Source: an uncultured virus (IMG/VR IMGVR_UViG_3300005607_000414) | Taxonomy: Duplodnaviria > Heunggongvirae > Uroviricota > Caudoviricetes | IMG/VR virus record: IMGVR_UViG_3300005607_000414 | Length of the DNA: 64,000 nt | Direction: 5' to 3' (one strand) | In this document: in pieces, positions 27,550-38,343 of the stretch | Layout of the letters: each line of letters begins with the position of its first letter | Numbering within the stretch: the stretch's first letter is position 1 | Program-made: the position numbers and the translations under genes | The notes under the pieces: model-generated | Databases searched by the model: none | Seen by the model: the letters and a program-made list of their open reading frames with translations, nothing else | What the model was told of the DNA's origin: nothing

Positions 27550-29697
27550 CTACGGGTTGGAGTAGAGCAGGATGTAGCCTGCGGTCACGCCTGCGGGATT
27601 CTTCACCTTGAGGACTCCGGACCACCCGGACGGGTTGGTCGCGCCCATCAACTCAGCGAAGCGGTAGCCGTTGCCGGTGCTGCCCGCGATGATCAATTCG
27701 CCGCCAGCCGTGACCTCCACCAGCGTGTGGTCAGCAAGGTTGGAGCCGGGGCCGCGCACCTTGAACGGCGACTCGCTCGTGTCCTTACCGACGACGAGCA
27801 GAGCGCCGCACGCGATTCCGGCAGCAACCGGCGCGGTCTGGTATCCCCACGTGCGCGCGTATCCCTTCTTCGGGTCGGTGCCCTGCTGGAGGCACGCTCC
27901 CCACAGGAGGATGTTGCCGGAGGACCAATCGTCGCCGTTGCCCGCGTACTGGCGCACGACAACCCAGAGGCCGGTCTGCCCTCCGGCCAGAGTGCCGGTG
28001 ACGCCGAACCGCTGCCACGTGGTCGTGAGCGTCTTCTGCGTGGGACCGGCGAGGTAGGATGCGTACCCGTTGTCCACGATGGCCAGCGACACCTTCTTGG
28101 TGCCGGAGGCGACCTTGGCCCACACGTAGAACGTGTACGTGCCACCCGAGGACAGGCCCGCGATCTGCTGCTGGATGAGCGGCGTGCCGGTACTGGCCGC
28201 GATCTGGTCGGCGGTGCCGTTGCCATCCGGCGCGGTGTCGGCGTTCGCGCTCACCGAGCAGGACCCGCCGTTCTTGTCCCACGTCGTCGCGGAGAAGTCT
28301 TCGGAGTACTTCGCCATGTTCTCGTACGGCCCGCCCGCCGATCCGAATGGCCCGCACTCGATGGAGTTCAGGTGCGAATCGAGGTACGCCCACAGGTTGT
28401 TGGCGGCGGCATACGCGAAGTTCGCGCCGCCCGACCCGTCGCGCAGGACGACGGTGCCCGCCGTTGCGTTCGCAGTCGCGTCGGTGATCTGCGAGGACGT
28501 GTGCGTGTGGACCGACGCCGCCTTGCCCGCGAGGTCCGTTACCAGGCCGGTGATATCGGCCTCGGCGTGCGTGTGGCTGGTCGGAGCCTTGCCCGCCAGA
28601 GCGGTAACTAGGCCGGTCACGTCGGCCTGCGCGTGCGTGTGGGTGAGCGGGGCCTTGCCAGCCAGATCCGTCGTGAGGCTGGTTACGTCGGCCTCCGCAT
28701 GGGTGTGGCCGGGAACCGACGCGAGCGCGATGGTGACGTTCACGCGGTCGCTGGCGGGCACGTCCAGGAACGTAAGTCCGATGTTCGCGCCCTGGATCAG
28801 GTTTAACGCACGGCGCGTCCCGACCGCCGCGCCATTGTTCTGGATCGAGAACGGGAGCGATCCGGACACGATGTCCGCAGCCACGTGCGTGTGGCTGGGC
28901 AGGTCGCCAGCGGCCAGGAGCGCGCCAGCCGTCGTGCGCCCCCACGAGTCCACGGTCACCTTGGTATAGGTGCCAGGCCCGACGCCGGAGGCCGAGAGCG
29001 AGATGACGCCCGCAGCCACGCTGATCCCGCCGACCGGATCGATCTGCACGACGCCCTTGGCGAGCGTCGTGGCGTCCGGAACCGTGGTCGCGCCGAACGT
29101 CTGGCCCGCAGCGAAGTCGATGACGGCGTCCATCGCCAGATGGTTGTTGGCGGCGAGCGCGATGCCGAGGTCGCCGGAGTTGTCCTGCTTCCGCCATTTG
29201 ACCGCGCCAGCGTTGGGCAGGCGTACCAGGCCGGTGCTCGACTTGGTGCCCGTGCCAAACTCCGCGCCGTCCTGGAACGTCTTGAGGCCGGTGACGGTGA
29301 CCGCGCCGTCCTTGCGGATATAGTTGCGCGCGGCGGCGGTGCCCAACTCGTTCTCGACGGCCAGCACCGCCGACTGGAGAGAGGTGATGAAGCCCGAGAC
29401 CATGTTCGCCTTCACCGCCGCGCCGTTGTTGTGGCCGGAGGCGGCGGTCCCGAAGGCTCCACGCTGGCATCCGGTGAACTGCGTGGCGTTCTTGCCGGTG
29501 TACACCACCAGTTCGTCGTCAACGGAGAGCACGCCGTAGCTCGCGGCAAAGCCTCCGGACGTGGAGGACACGTTGATCGTGGAGTCGCCAGCCAGCACCG
29601 CGCCCGTCGTGGTCGTCTCCAAGGGCGCACCGGAGAACGCATCGACCGGTGTGAATAGGCTGGCAGCGCTGTCGATTGAGCCGGGATAGTTAGCCAC
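27550..29697 (-). CDS. tail fibre protein with HTH-A-x-A-D-(I/V)-T-x-L repeats and carbohydrate-binding-like domain
   Basis: GTYTKVTVDSWGR fibre motif; His-x-His repeats; YSEDFS..APDGNGTAD..YTFYVWAK..TTTWQRF domain. Confidence 0.85.
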   Translation of the reverse strand: MANYPGSIDSAASLFTPVDAFSGAPLETTTTGAVLAGDSTINVSSTSGGFAASYGVLSVDDELVVYTGKNATQFTGCQRGAFGTAASGHNNGAAVKANMVSGFITSLQSAVLAVENELGTAAARNYIRKDGAVTVTGLKTFQDGAEFGTGTKSSTGLVRLPNAGAVKWRKQDNSGDLGIALAANNHLAMDAVIDFAAGQTFGATTVPDATTLAKGVVQIDPVGGISVAAGVISLSASGVGPGTYTKVTVDSWGRTTAGALLAAGDLPSHTHVAADIVSGSLPFSIQNNGAAVGTRRALNLIQGANIGLTFLDVPASDRVNVTIALASVPGHTHAEADVTSLTTDLAGKAPLTHTHAQADVTGLVTALAGKAPTSHTHAEADITGLVTDLAGKAASVHTHTSSQITDATANATAGTVVLRDGSGGANFAYAAANNLWAYLDSHLNSIECGPFGSAGGPYENMAKYSEDFSATTWDKNGGSCSVSANADTAPDGNGTADQIAASTGTPLIQQQIAGLSSGGTYTFYVWAKVASGTKKVSLAIVDNGYASYLAGPTQKTLTTTWQRFGVTGTLAGGQTGLWVVVRQYAGNGDDWSSGNILLWGACLQQGTDPKKGYARTWGYQTAPVAAGIACGALLVVGKDTSESPFKVRGPGSNLADHTLVEVTAGGELIIAGSTGNGYRFAELMGATNPSGWSGVLKVKNPAGVTAGYILLYSNP
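28483..28710 (-). repeat. 66-bp (22-aa) tandem repeats in tail fibre
   Basis: HTHAEADVTSLTTDLAGKA / HTHAQADVTGLVTALAGKA / HTHAEADITGLVTDLAGKA / HTHTSSQITD. Confidence 0.85.
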
Positions 29698-32600
29698 TGA
29701 GCTTCCTCTCGTTCAACTTGAAGCGGTTGAGCGCGCCAGCAGCGGGCGGCGTGACCACAACCGCCCTCGGCGTTTCCACCGCACGCGCAACGCGCGGCTT
29801 GTGGTACACGGTCGCCGTGGCGGGGGATTGCATCCACACCTCCAGCGGGTTCGGCCTGCTGTTGAGGCAGTACTGGTCGAACGCCCAGAAGCACATCGAG
29901 TAGTAGGGCGCGGTCAACCACTGGCCGTACGCCTGCGCCATCGGCGGGTCCGGAGGACCGTAGAGTCCCGCGAGGTACATGCACTCCGATGCGGGCCGTC
30001 CAAGCACCTGCGCGCCGTAACTCATCGTGGCGCGCATCAACGGCACGTTCTTGTTCCACACGTCGTAATCGAATCCCTCACAGCGGAAGTACTTGATGCC
30101 GTACGACGACGACTTCCACTGCTCCGGCAGGTTGACGTGCATCAGTAGTTTCCGGTAGAGGTTCGCGGGCGAGAGCCTCCCCTGGTTCGCATCGAGAGGC
30201 CAAAGGCATTCGAACACCGCTGCCGGATGGGACGCGCGCACGTATGCGATCACCTCCTGGCAATAGGACCAGATCCGGTCCCGCAGGAAATCAGCAGTTT
30301 CCTTCGGGTGCGCCGGATCGCCAGCAGGATCATCCGTATTGGCAAGGAACGGCCAAATCTGGTGACCCTTCGCCGCCGCAAACGCATCGATCGTCTCCTG
30401 GTCATAGAACGGCATCCCGCCCTCCACGTCGGCTTGGCGGTTGTCGAAGTACCACCACTGCGTCTCACCGAACTGGAGCGCAACGGGGAGACCCGCCGCC
30501 GCGACTTGATCGGCGCACTCCTTGTACATCTGCTTGAGGTAGTTCCGGACGCGCGCACCGAAGTGCATCTGGTACGACGGCACCTCGAGGAACACGTCGT
30601 CTCCGGGCGTCACGACGCCGCCCGCGCGGTGCAGATACTTCGCGCGCATCGGGGCCGGCGGGTTGTAAATCTCCATCGAGAACGCGAACGAGGCCAGGAT
30701 GCCCGCCGCCGCGAACTCCGTGGCGAGATCCTTGATCCACTTCCGCGCGCCCTCCGTCATGACCGGCGACACGGAGTCGATCAACTCCCAATCGCCCTCG
30801 TCGCCCGGAGTGCCGAGGTGGTCAGTGAGCGTGGCGCGCACGGAGTTCACGAGGCCCTGGCTTCCGGGGAAGAAGCCGAGCACATCGCACGCGGTCCCAT
30901 CGACGGACACATCCGTCTGCGACTCGACCCAGATCTGGCCGAAGCTCACCGGCCGTGCCGTCGCCGGGACGCCCGCCGCATCGAACGCCGTCTGAATATC
31001 TGCGGCGACCTCCGCACCCGTCCTGGACGCGCCAGCCGTGAGAGTAACGGTCGCCACCGGCCCGCCGCCAAACGTGAACACCAGACCATCGTTCACGCCC
31101 GCGCTGATGTCGAACGGTTCGTTCACGGCCCCGCCGATGGTCGCGGCGCCGTCCAGCACCCGAATATCCCCGTAGGCCCACGACGGAGCCTTGGACTGGA
31201 TGCGAAGTGTACTGCTGCTGCCGTAGTTGTCGTCGGCCCACACGCCGGAGAACTGGTTGATCAGCACGCGCATCCCGTTGACGATATCCTGCAAGGACTC
31301 ACCATCGAGGACCGTGTGGCGCATAGCGCTTCCGGACAACTGGATTACCACCACGTCTCCGGCGCGCGGCGCGCTGTGGCCCTCCCCGAGCGAGTACTCG
31401 ATGGCCGCGTACGGGTAGCTCGCGCCGACGCGCCGCCGCTTGTTATTCCAGAAGACGCCCATGTACACGTCGGCGTGGCCCCGGAACCCGAGCTTCTGGA
31501 GATGCCAGAGGTGCCAGGCCGGGGGCTTCCTGTAGCCGTGGTCCGTATCGAAGTCGATGGCCAGCGACACGTCCGGATACTCCTTCTGCGGGTCCGGAAC
31601 ATCCTGCGCGACCAACGGCCAGAGGTAATCGAAGTAAAGGTAGTACCCGAGGCTGGCCGCGTTGCGGTCGTACAGAGCGGTGATCACGACGGTGTGGTTT
31701 CCGGCCGCAACGCCGGAGGCGACCTTCACGTTGGCCGTGGTCCCGCCGTACTCATCGAGGTAGAGATCGAGCGGGGACTCTGCCGTCTCCGCGCCGTCCA
31801 CCTCGACCCGGATCTTGCCGCAGTTCGTGTAGAGGAACGTGCCGAGGTACAGGTCGTGCCCCTCTGTGGCCGAGTACTTGATCGTCACGCTCCGGACATC
31901 GGCCTCGTTGCTGGGGCCGGTGCGCTTCGCGTGCCCCATGCTCCACCACTGCGAGGGCCATCCGGTGTTGTACTTGTACTCCTCCCAATAGCCGGTGAAC
32001 ACGCACCGCTTGTCGGTGTCCTCGATGCGCTCCGAATCGCCGCCGACCTTGAGGCTGGCGTCTCCCGTGACCGCGATGTTCGAGATGGTTGCGCCCCACT
32101 CCACGTCGGACTGGAAGCCGGAGATCGGCGGGAGCTTCTTGAGGCGCGTGCCAGCAGGCCAGGAGCCAGGCGTCGAGGACTCGTACCCGCGTTGCACTTG
32201 GATGCTGGTCGCGCCGCCAGCCACGAGGAGGATGCGCTCCTCGCTCGACTCGTCTCCGATGAAGTACCGGCCACCCGTGAGGCTGGCCCCGCTGTCCACG
32301 CTCCAGGTCGTGTCGCCCGGATCAACCGGGGCGGTGAGGAAGCATCCGTCCTCCAGGGCTTCCTCCACGATCTCGAATCGCGGTGCGAAGACCATGTACA
32401 CCTTCCGGCAGTCCACGGTCGGGACCGTATCGCCGTTCTTGTCCGTCAACGCGCCCAACGGAAGGGCGATGTGGTACTTCGTGTCGTTGTCGCCGCCACG
32501 GAACCGGATGCTCCTGTTTGCGCCGAACGTGACGCCCTGAACGTCCTTGGCCGGATCGTACCCGTCGAACTGCTCGTCCTCCGGAACCGTCTCGTGGAAC

Positions 32601-33904
32601 GAGCGCACCGAAAGGATCTCGCCGTTGCCCAACTTGCCCATGACCGTCGCGGGTGGCGCGCTGGTCTTGAACGCAATGGTGATCGTCTTGCCGGAGGCCG
32701 TAGCCTGAATCACCCCGGACTGGTCCGGGCCGGTGCGCGAGGTGTTCTTCAGGTTGCCGTTGATCGAGTCCGCGAGGTTCTGCGCTGCGGATTCTGCGGT
32801 GGCGAGTCCGTGGACGTGCCACTGCGGGCCCGCGCCCGCGTACACGCCGACGTTGATCTGGATGGTCGATTGGGCGGTCCCGCCGTACATGTTGATCTCG
32901 CCCTCGCCAACCGGCTTCGTGGACGTGACCCGCACGCATCCGTCGTCGGTCACGTCGGCGGTCGCCGCCAGGCCCGCGCCGATGAACGCCGTGTTGATGC
33001 CGGCGGCGACCTGCGCCGAGGTCTGCGCGGGTCCCGCCGTGAGGCCGACATAGATGGGCGTCCCGTCGATGATAAACGTCAACGTGTCATTCGCGCCCGC
33101 CGTGATCGCGAACGGGCCGGGATTGTACGTGCGGCAGGTCGCCGGCCCACCATGCGGCAGAGTGTTGTCGAACGTCACCCGGTTCTTATAAACCGGATCG
33201 ATGGCCGTGACGTGGCAGATCTCCTCCAGAGCGTACGGCGGGTCGTCCAGATAGATCGGATCGTACGTGAAGTACACCGTATCCCCGACCTTCAACTCCA
33301 ACTCGCCCGTCACCGGGTCGAGATCGGACGCCCAGAGGTCGATGGTCCCGTTGGGCGCGGAGAGCGAGCGCGGGAGTGCGTAGAGCTTTCCCCACGGGAC
33401 GCAATCGAACTCCGTGTCGCGGAAGACGATGGCGACGTGGTCGAGGCCCTCGTCGGCCTGCGTGCCCGACAATTCCACGCTCACACTGGCGGGCGTCTCG
33501 CCTCCAGACACGACGCTGGCGTACGAGAGGAGCTTCACCTCGCGGATCTCGCCGGGACCGCCCTTCCCGCAGACGAAGGTCATCGCGTCCCATGACACGG
33601 AGGGGTACTTGGCGGCGTCGAGGCGCATGGCACCATCGAGGTCGTGGTTGTACTCGATATCGAACTCCAGCGTCAGGCCGGAGAGATCCGTCCGCGGCAG
33701 GTGCTTCTGGCGCAGGTGGTTGAAGTAATCGTACGCGTTGTAAAGCCCGAGCACCGCGAAGTCTTCGGCGGCTTGGAAGATGCCGGAGATGGAGACACCC
33801 GTGGCGGTCGCATCATGGAGCGTGGTCGTCGCGGCACGCCCCGTGAAGCCCTGCAACTGGAAGTTCCTGCGCGGATCGAAGATAGTGAGCGGTTCGCCAG
33901 CCAT
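29690..33904 (-). CDS. large virion tail protein (C-terminal TIM-barrel, non-contractile tail sheath protein-like)
   Basis: 1404 aa in tail cluster; LQFGETQWWYF motif; two inserted PFxI(T/S)AGxND.L.F...LTAG..T.A.VAA.I..AF modules. Confidence 0.7.
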   Translation of the reverse strand: MAGEPLTIFDPRRNFQLQGFTGRAATTTLHDATATGVSISGIFQAAEDFAVLGLYNAYDYFNHLRQKHLPRTDLSGLTLEFDIEYNHDLDGAMRLDAAKYPSVSWDAMTFVCGKGGPGEIREVKLLSYASVVSGGETPASVSVELSGTQADEGLDHVAIVFRDTEFDCVPWGKLYALPRSLSAPNGTIDLWASDLDPVTGELELKVGDTVYFTYDPIYLDDPPYALEEICHVTAIDPVYKNRVTFDNTLPHGGPATCRTYNPGPFAITAGANDTLTFIIDGTPIYVGLTAGPAQTSAQVAAGINTAFIGAGLAATADVTDDGCVRVTSTKPVGEGEINMYGGTAQSTIQINVGVYAGAGPQWHVHGLATAESAAQNLADSINGNLKNTSRTGPDQSGVIQATASGKTITIAFKTSAPPATVMGKLGNGEILSVRSFHETVPEDEQFDGYDPAKDVQGVTFGANRSIRFRGGDNDTKYHIALPLGALTDKNGDTVPTVDCRKVYMVFAPRFEIVEEALEDGCFLTAPVDPGDTTWSVDSGASLTGGRYFIGDESSEERILLVAGGATSIQVQRGYESSTPGSWPAGTRLKKLPPISGFQSDVEWGATISNIAVTGDASLKVGGDSERIEDTDKRCVFTGYWEEYKYNTGWPSQWWSMGHAKRTGPSNEADVRSVTIKYSATEGHDLYLGTFLYTNCGKIRVEVDGAETAESPLDLYLDEYGGTTANVKVASGVAAGNHTVVITALYDRNAASLGYYLYFDYLWPLVAQDVPDPQKEYPDVSLAIDFDTDHGYRKPPAWHLWHLQKLGFRGHADVYMGVFWNNKRRRVGASYPYAAIEYSLGEGHSAPRAGDVVVIQLSGSAMRHTVLDGESLQDIVNGMRVLINQFSGVWADDNYGSSSTLRIQSKAPSWAYGDIRVLDGAATIGGAVNEPFDISAGVNDGLVFTFGGGPVATVTLTAGASRTGAEVAADIQTAFDAAGVPATARPVSFGQIWVESQTDVSVDGTACDVLGFFPGSQGLVNSVRATLTDHLGTPGDEGDWELIDSVSPVMTEGARKWIKDLATEFAAAGILASFAFSMEIYNPPAPMRAKYLHRAGGVVTPGDDVFLEVPSYQMHFGARVRNYLKQMYKECADQVAAAGLPVALQFGETQWWYFDNRQADVEGGMPFYDQETIDAFAAAKGHQIWPFLANTDDPAGDPAHPKETADFLRDRIWSYCQEVIAYVRASHPAAVFECLWPLDANQGRLSPANLYRKLLMHVNLPEQWKSSSYGIKYFRCEGFDYDVWNKNVPLMRATMSYGAQVLGRPASECMYLAGLYGPPDPPMAQAYGQWLTAPYYSMCFWAFDQYCLNSRPNPLEVWMQSPATATVYHKPRVARAVETPRAVVVTPPAAGALNRFKLNERKLSG

Positions 33905-33906
33905 TT

Positions 33907-36900
33907 TTAGGTCTGGATTACAACGGTCAAATCGGTGCCGGGGTCCGGACTGGCCACGGCGAGGATATCGAACGCAAGGCTGTCGCCCTCGCTGATGGTC
34001 GCGGTCGGCCAGATCGTCGGGCGCACCGTGGCGCCGGGGTCGTGGTCCTTGGTGAAGATGGCGTCGAACGTCTGTGCGTCCGGATCGGCCGCGAGCACCT
34101 GGACGTACTCCTCGTCGGCCTTGCCGAGGTTGATGTGAACGAACTCTCCCACATCGAAGCCGAGTTTGTTCGCACCGTACGACGCCGTGTTGACGGTCTG
34201 TTGGCCCGCGCCGAGCGTCACAGCGTCCACAATGATGATGCCGAAGTCGTTGTAAGGCAGGCGGCGCGTCGGCGGCTTGCCGTACCCCTCCTCCAGCAGG
34301 AAGTCGTACGTGTTCTTCGCGCCGTCCGGAATCATCTGTGCGATACCCATGTACTCAAGCGGTTGCCACGTTGCACCGTCGTCCTTCGAGTACTTCACCA
34401 GGAACGCGCTCTGCCCGTCCGTGGTCGGCGTCTGCACGTACGCGAAGACGCACCGGATCGAGGCGCTATCGTGGACGCGCATTGGGATGACCACGGTGTC
34501 CGCAACCGCCAGAGGGCCGGGGATCTGGAAGGAGTAAGCGCCGCCGTTGCACGTCCGGTCTCCCGGCATGAACGGTTCGCTGTGGTGCGACAACGGCCAG
34601 ACGGTGAACGGACTGTAGCCGAAGTTATTGGCCACGCCGACGAGCATCGCGACCACGCTGGCAGACGGGAGGCTTGCTTCCACGCGTGCCGGGATGCCCG
34701 GCGTCCGGAAGAAGCCCTTCTTCACCGAGTAAGTGAAGATCCGGTAATCGAGCTTGAAGAACCGGATGCCAGCAGCGTGCGCGCACCGCAATGTCCCAAA
34801 CGTGGCGAAGCCAGGATCGACTCCGGGCCACGCACGCTGAAACTGGAAATTGCCGGTCGGGACCACGTCGCCCGTGGCACCAGGCCCAACGATCTGCGCG
34901 CACTCGTACGAGCGCAGGTATCCCACGTCCGGATTCTTCCCCTCGTCGTTGAAGACCACGAAGTCGCCCACCTTGAACGTGCGGCTGGTGTCCGGGTTCA
35001 TCGTGCAGGCGACCGTCGCTGGATCGGTGGTCTTGTCGATGGCGGCGTCGAGGCTGGCCCACAGATCGGTGGCCAGTTCGTCCACGTAGTACAGTGCCAT
35101 CGCGACCTCGTGCGCGGAGACGATGTTCATGTTGCCCGCCGCATCCGGCGCGACCTGAATGTCATCGAGCGCGATGGTCCCGTAGTCTCCGAGCTTCGGC
35201 GTCCCGCTGACAATGCCCGGAACCCCGGTGTCGTACATGATCTCTTCGGGCACCGGCTCCGGCACCACGTCGGCGGGTTTCGGGCCGGTGACCAGATCGT
35301 ACATGCTGTCGGTCGTCGTGCGGCCCTGCACGTCAATGGAGAAGTCCTTGTTGAGCTTCCAGGAGACCACACGGAACTCGCCCGCGCCTCCGGGCATGTC
35401 CGCATGGGTCATCGAGCAGACCATCCCAGGCTCCGTGTTGAGCGCGAGCACCGTCGTCTTGAAGCCGATCTGCCGCGCAGCTTTCCACTCCGACGCGCTG
35501 ATGCCGCCCAACTCCTCACGCAGCCTCGTGCTGATGATCCGGGCGGCTTGGCTCTTGGTGGACGTGCCAGAGAGGTTGACGCTCGACTTGAGGTACGTCG
35601 GCCCCGCGCCGCCGCCGATGAGTACGGCGTGGCCGATGTCGTACACCGCCACGCTGTTGTTTACGAACGCGAAGTCCTGGTCCGCGAAGTTGGCCGTCAG
35701 ATGGTTGAACGACGGCTTCACCGGAGCCAGTTGCAGGCTGGCGAAGAGGATGTTGCCCTCTGTGAACGCCTCGACCGCAGATGAGTTCTCGCGGATGCCG
35801 ATCCGGAGCTTCCCGAACGCGAACGTGTAATAGCCGAGGCAGTTCATCAGGACCTCTTGAATCCAGTCCCGAAGCGGCTTCTCCTCCTGGAGCGCGCCGC
35901 GGAACGCAAACTGCGTCTCTGTGCCCGCGCCGACCATTTTGGTAACGGAGTCGTTGCAGATCGCGGCGGCATCGCTCGCGGCCTGCGCGTCGAACAGAGT
36001 GGCGGCGGCGACCAACTGATCGTGGGTCGCGTCCGCGCCCAACCGGAGGCCACGCGCCCGGAGGAGCATGTTGACCGCGATCCACACCGGGTTGGTGAGA
36101 GCCGGCCCGTAAACCGGCGTGTCCGGATCGTCCCACGTCCAGCCACGGAGTCCCTGCGCGACCGTGGCGATCATCGCGTGGTCTCCGGGCTTCGAGAGTT
36201 GCAGGCCCTTCGAGTCCGACCGCCGGATCACTACGAACGCCGTGCCCGCTGCGAAGTTGTCCTTGTAGGTCGAGTTGCCGGAGTACACCTTCCGGAAGTC
36301 GCCGCCCGTCTGGTTGCCGGATTGGTCGAGCGAGAAGAAGTCCGTGTCTCCGGCCGGATCGCTGCCAAGCACCAACCGCAGGCCATAGTCGTTCTTCGGG
36401 AAGCCGTGGTGCGCCTGCCCGTCGAGCGTGTGGCCGACCAGCGTCTCCGCGTTGCCGTCGCCGTCCTTGTCCTCGTAGTGGGTCGGCGTGTACGCGACCA
36501 GCGGGCCTTCGCCCACGATCCCCAACGCCTCGTAGAAGTCGCTCTCGTCCCGGCCCGCCGCGACCTTGCAGTTGACCGGCATCTCCGTGTCGGTGTACAC
36601 CTCCGGCAGCACTTGGTCGTAGATCGAATCCGCGACGATGGACGTGCTGGTAAGCGTGCTCCTGCCGAAGCCCCACACGCCGGTCGAGTTGTCCTTGATC
36701 CGGACGCCCTGCGGTTCCGCGATGATGCCTCCGTAGTACTTCTTCATCCCGTGCGCGAGGCACCCGTTTGGCGTGTCGTAGTTCTTGTCGCAGGAGTTGG
36801 CGGCGGCATCGGGAAAGTGGACGAGATCGAGCGCGCCGTGGCCGGAGTACGGGCACGCCTGCGTGTTGAACGCCTTCCAGCACGTGCGGGAGATCTTGCG

Positions 36901-37764
36901 CGTCGGGTACGGCAGGTTCAACTCGTAGAGGCCATCCGACGCGCGCACCTGGAACTCCGGGCCAGCGTCGAGGGACCAGTCCACGATATCGCCCTTCCAC
37001 AGGTCGATCTTGATGCCGGTGCCGACGTGGAACAGCGAGAACTCGACCGACGCGCGATACAGATCCACGTCGTTGGCGAGGTCGCGCATCACGCGATCCG
37101 CGTTGCCAAAGACGAACGTGGCGTCGTCCGACTCGTTGCCCATCCCCTGCGTTATGCCGTCGAAGTCGATCAGGCGCGGCAGGTAGAGCTGCGCGCCGAC
37201 CGTGCAACGGCGGTCGGAGACATAGATAGCCGGATACCCCGCCGTAAGCGGGAGGATCTTGATCAGCGGGATGACCTGCTGGACCTGCGAGAGGAGTGCG
37301 GTCGCCAAGGCTCCGGACGGGAAGCGGGTGACCGTGGAGTTGAGCGTGTACGTCGGCGGGTTGGCCGGGATCTCGATCAGGTTCACGCCGACCGAACACA
37401 CCCAATCCGCGACCATCTGCCAGGAGAGCGGTTCGTTGGCGAACCGGCAGGTGTAAGCGGTCGTGCCGTTGCCGTCGTCGTTGGGCGCGTTATAGGTGAA
37501 CGCGCCGTACGGCCCGTACTTCGACTCCCAAAAGTTCCGGAGCGCGATCCGCTGCGTGTCGTTCAACCACGTGCGGCGCACAGTGAAGTGCCGCGCGCCC
37601 GTGCCCAACAGGAACCGCTGCTCGATCTTGACGTTCCCCGAACCGAACTGGTGGATCGCCACGTCCGGATGGCTTGCGCGCCCGTACGGGAACTCGGGCA
37701 CGATGGGGAACGTGCCGGAGGCAGCAATCTCCGGCACGTTGATGTTGCCGATCTGGTCAGCCAT
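33907..37764 (-). CDS. tail tip/hub protein (DUF2460-like N-terminus, GpJ-like central domain)
   Basis: LRNFWESKYGPYGAFTY; SRTCWK..C..CDK..GC cluster; TNPVWIAVNML; ATG 37764. Confidence 0.8.
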   Translation of the reverse strand: MADQIGNINVPEIAASGTFPIVPEFPYGRASHPDVAIHQFGSGNVKIEQRFLLGTGARHFTVRRTWLNDTQRIALRNFWESKYGPYGAFTYNAPNDDGNGTTAYTCRFANEPLSWQMVADWVCSVGVNLIEIPANPPTYTLNSTVTRFPSGALATALLSQVQQVIPLIKILPLTAGYPAIYVSDRRCTVGAQLYLPRLIDFDGITQGMGNESDDATFVFGNADRVMRDLANDVDLYRASVEFSLFHVGTGIKIDLWKGDIVDWSLDAGPEFQVRASDGLYELNLPYPTRKISRTCWKAFNTQACPYSGHGALDLVHFPDAAANSCDKNYDTPNGCLAHGMKKYYGGIIAEPQGVRIKDNSTGVWGFGRSTLTSTSIVADSIYDQVLPEVYTDTEMPVNCKVAAGRDESDFYEALGIVGEGPLVAYTPTHYEDKDGDGNAETLVGHTLDGQAHHGFPKNDYGLRLVLGSDPAGDTDFFSLDQSGNQTGGDFRKVYSGNSTYKDNFAAGTAFVVIRRSDSKGLQLSKPGDHAMIATVAQGLRGWTWDDPDTPVYGPALTNPVWIAVNMLLRARGLRLGADATHDQLVAAATLFDAQAASDAAAICNDSVTKMVGAGTETQFAFRGALQEEKPLRDWIQEVLMNCLGYYTFAFGKLRIGIRENSSAVEAFTEGNILFASLQLAPVKPSFNHLTANFADQDFAFVNNSVAVYDIGHAVLIGGGAGPTYLKSSVNLSGTSTKSQAARIISTRLREELGGISASEWKAARQIGFKTTVLALNTEPGMVCSMTHADMPGGAGEFRVVSWKLNKDFSIDVQGRTTTDSMYDLVTGPKPADVVPEPVPEEIMYDTGVPGIVSGTPKLGDYGTIALDDIQVAPDAAGNMNIVSAHEVAMALYYVDELATDLWASLDAAIDKTTDPATVACTMNPDTSRTFKVGDFVVFNDEGKNPDVGYLRSYECAQIVGPGATGDVVPTGNFQFQRAWPGVDPGFATFGTLRCAHAAGIRFFKLDYRIFTYSVKKGFFRTPGIPARVEASLPSASVVAMLVGVANNFGYSPFTVWPLSHHSEPFMPGDRTCNGGAYSFQIPGPLAVADTVVIPMRVHDSASIRCVFAYVQTPTTDGQSAFLVKYSKDDGATWQPLEYMGIAQMIPDGAKNTYDFLLEEGYGKPPTRRLPYNDFGIIIVDAVTLGAGQQTVNTASYGANKLGFDVGEFVHINLGKADEEYVQVLAADPDAQTFDAIFTKDHDPGATVRPTIWPTATISEGDSLAFDILAVASPDPGTDLTVVIQT

Positions 37765-38074
37765 TGATTTCCTGCTTGGGTTGGAACTCGATGTGGATGT
37801 GGTCCACTTCCAGGAGCACGTCGAAGTCCTCGCCCAAACACGTCTTGATCTGCGCGATGAGCTTCGGAACGTCGGCGGGCGCCACGTCGCGCGTGCGGAG
37901 GTCGATGGCCGCGCCCGCATAGTGGAGCGAGCCAGCCATGTGCTTTCCGTCCACGCAGGCGGTGATCATCAGGTCGTGGCCCGCCGCCTTGTAGACTTCC
38001 ATCGCGGCAACCGCCGCGAGCAGGATCTCCGGACGCATGCCGGTGATCCGCACACCAGCCTTGAGAGAGAGCAT
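37757..38074 (-). CDS. peptidase M15 family endolysin
   Basis: SLHYAGAAIDL and DHIHIE Zn-binding motifs; TAATG coupling. Confidence 0.85.
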   Translation of the reverse strand: MLSLKAGVRITGMRPEILLAAVAAMEVYKAAGHDLMITACVDGKHMAGSLHYAGAAIDLRTRDVAPADVPKLIAQIKTCLGEDFDVLLEVDHIHIEFQPKQEING

Positions 38075-38343
38075 TACCGATCCTCCACTTTGACCGAGAT
38101 GGTCCTGTCGTCCGTCTTGCCGCCCGCCGTCACGATCCGGTTGGTGACGAGGTATGTTGTCCCAGCGTTGCCTCCGCGCAGCCACACCGTCGTCTTGCTG
38201 GCGGTGGTGGTGTCGGTCACCTTCTCGATGGCCGCGCCTTCCTCCAGCAGCCACTCGCTGGACGCGATCTCGTCGCCAGCCAGCCACGCCGACCAGTCCA
38301 CCGAATAGTCGAGGACCGCATCCGGATCTTTGGTAAACGTCAT
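38074..38343 (-). CDS. small phage virion protein (fibre-tail adaptor-like)
   Basis: KDPDAVLDYSVDWSAWL...TTVWLRGG..G..Y.VTNRIVTAGG. Confidence 0.75.
   Translation of the reverse strand: MTFTKDPDAVLDYSVDWSAWLAGDEIASSEWLLEEGAAIEKVTDTTTASKTTVWLRGGNAGTTYLVTNRIVTAGGKTDDRTISVKVEDR

Noticed and set aside
27550..33904. Diversity-generating retroelement or invertible tail-fibre cassette
   Set aside because: No reverse transcriptase, TR/VR pair, invertase or inverted fibre fragments seen
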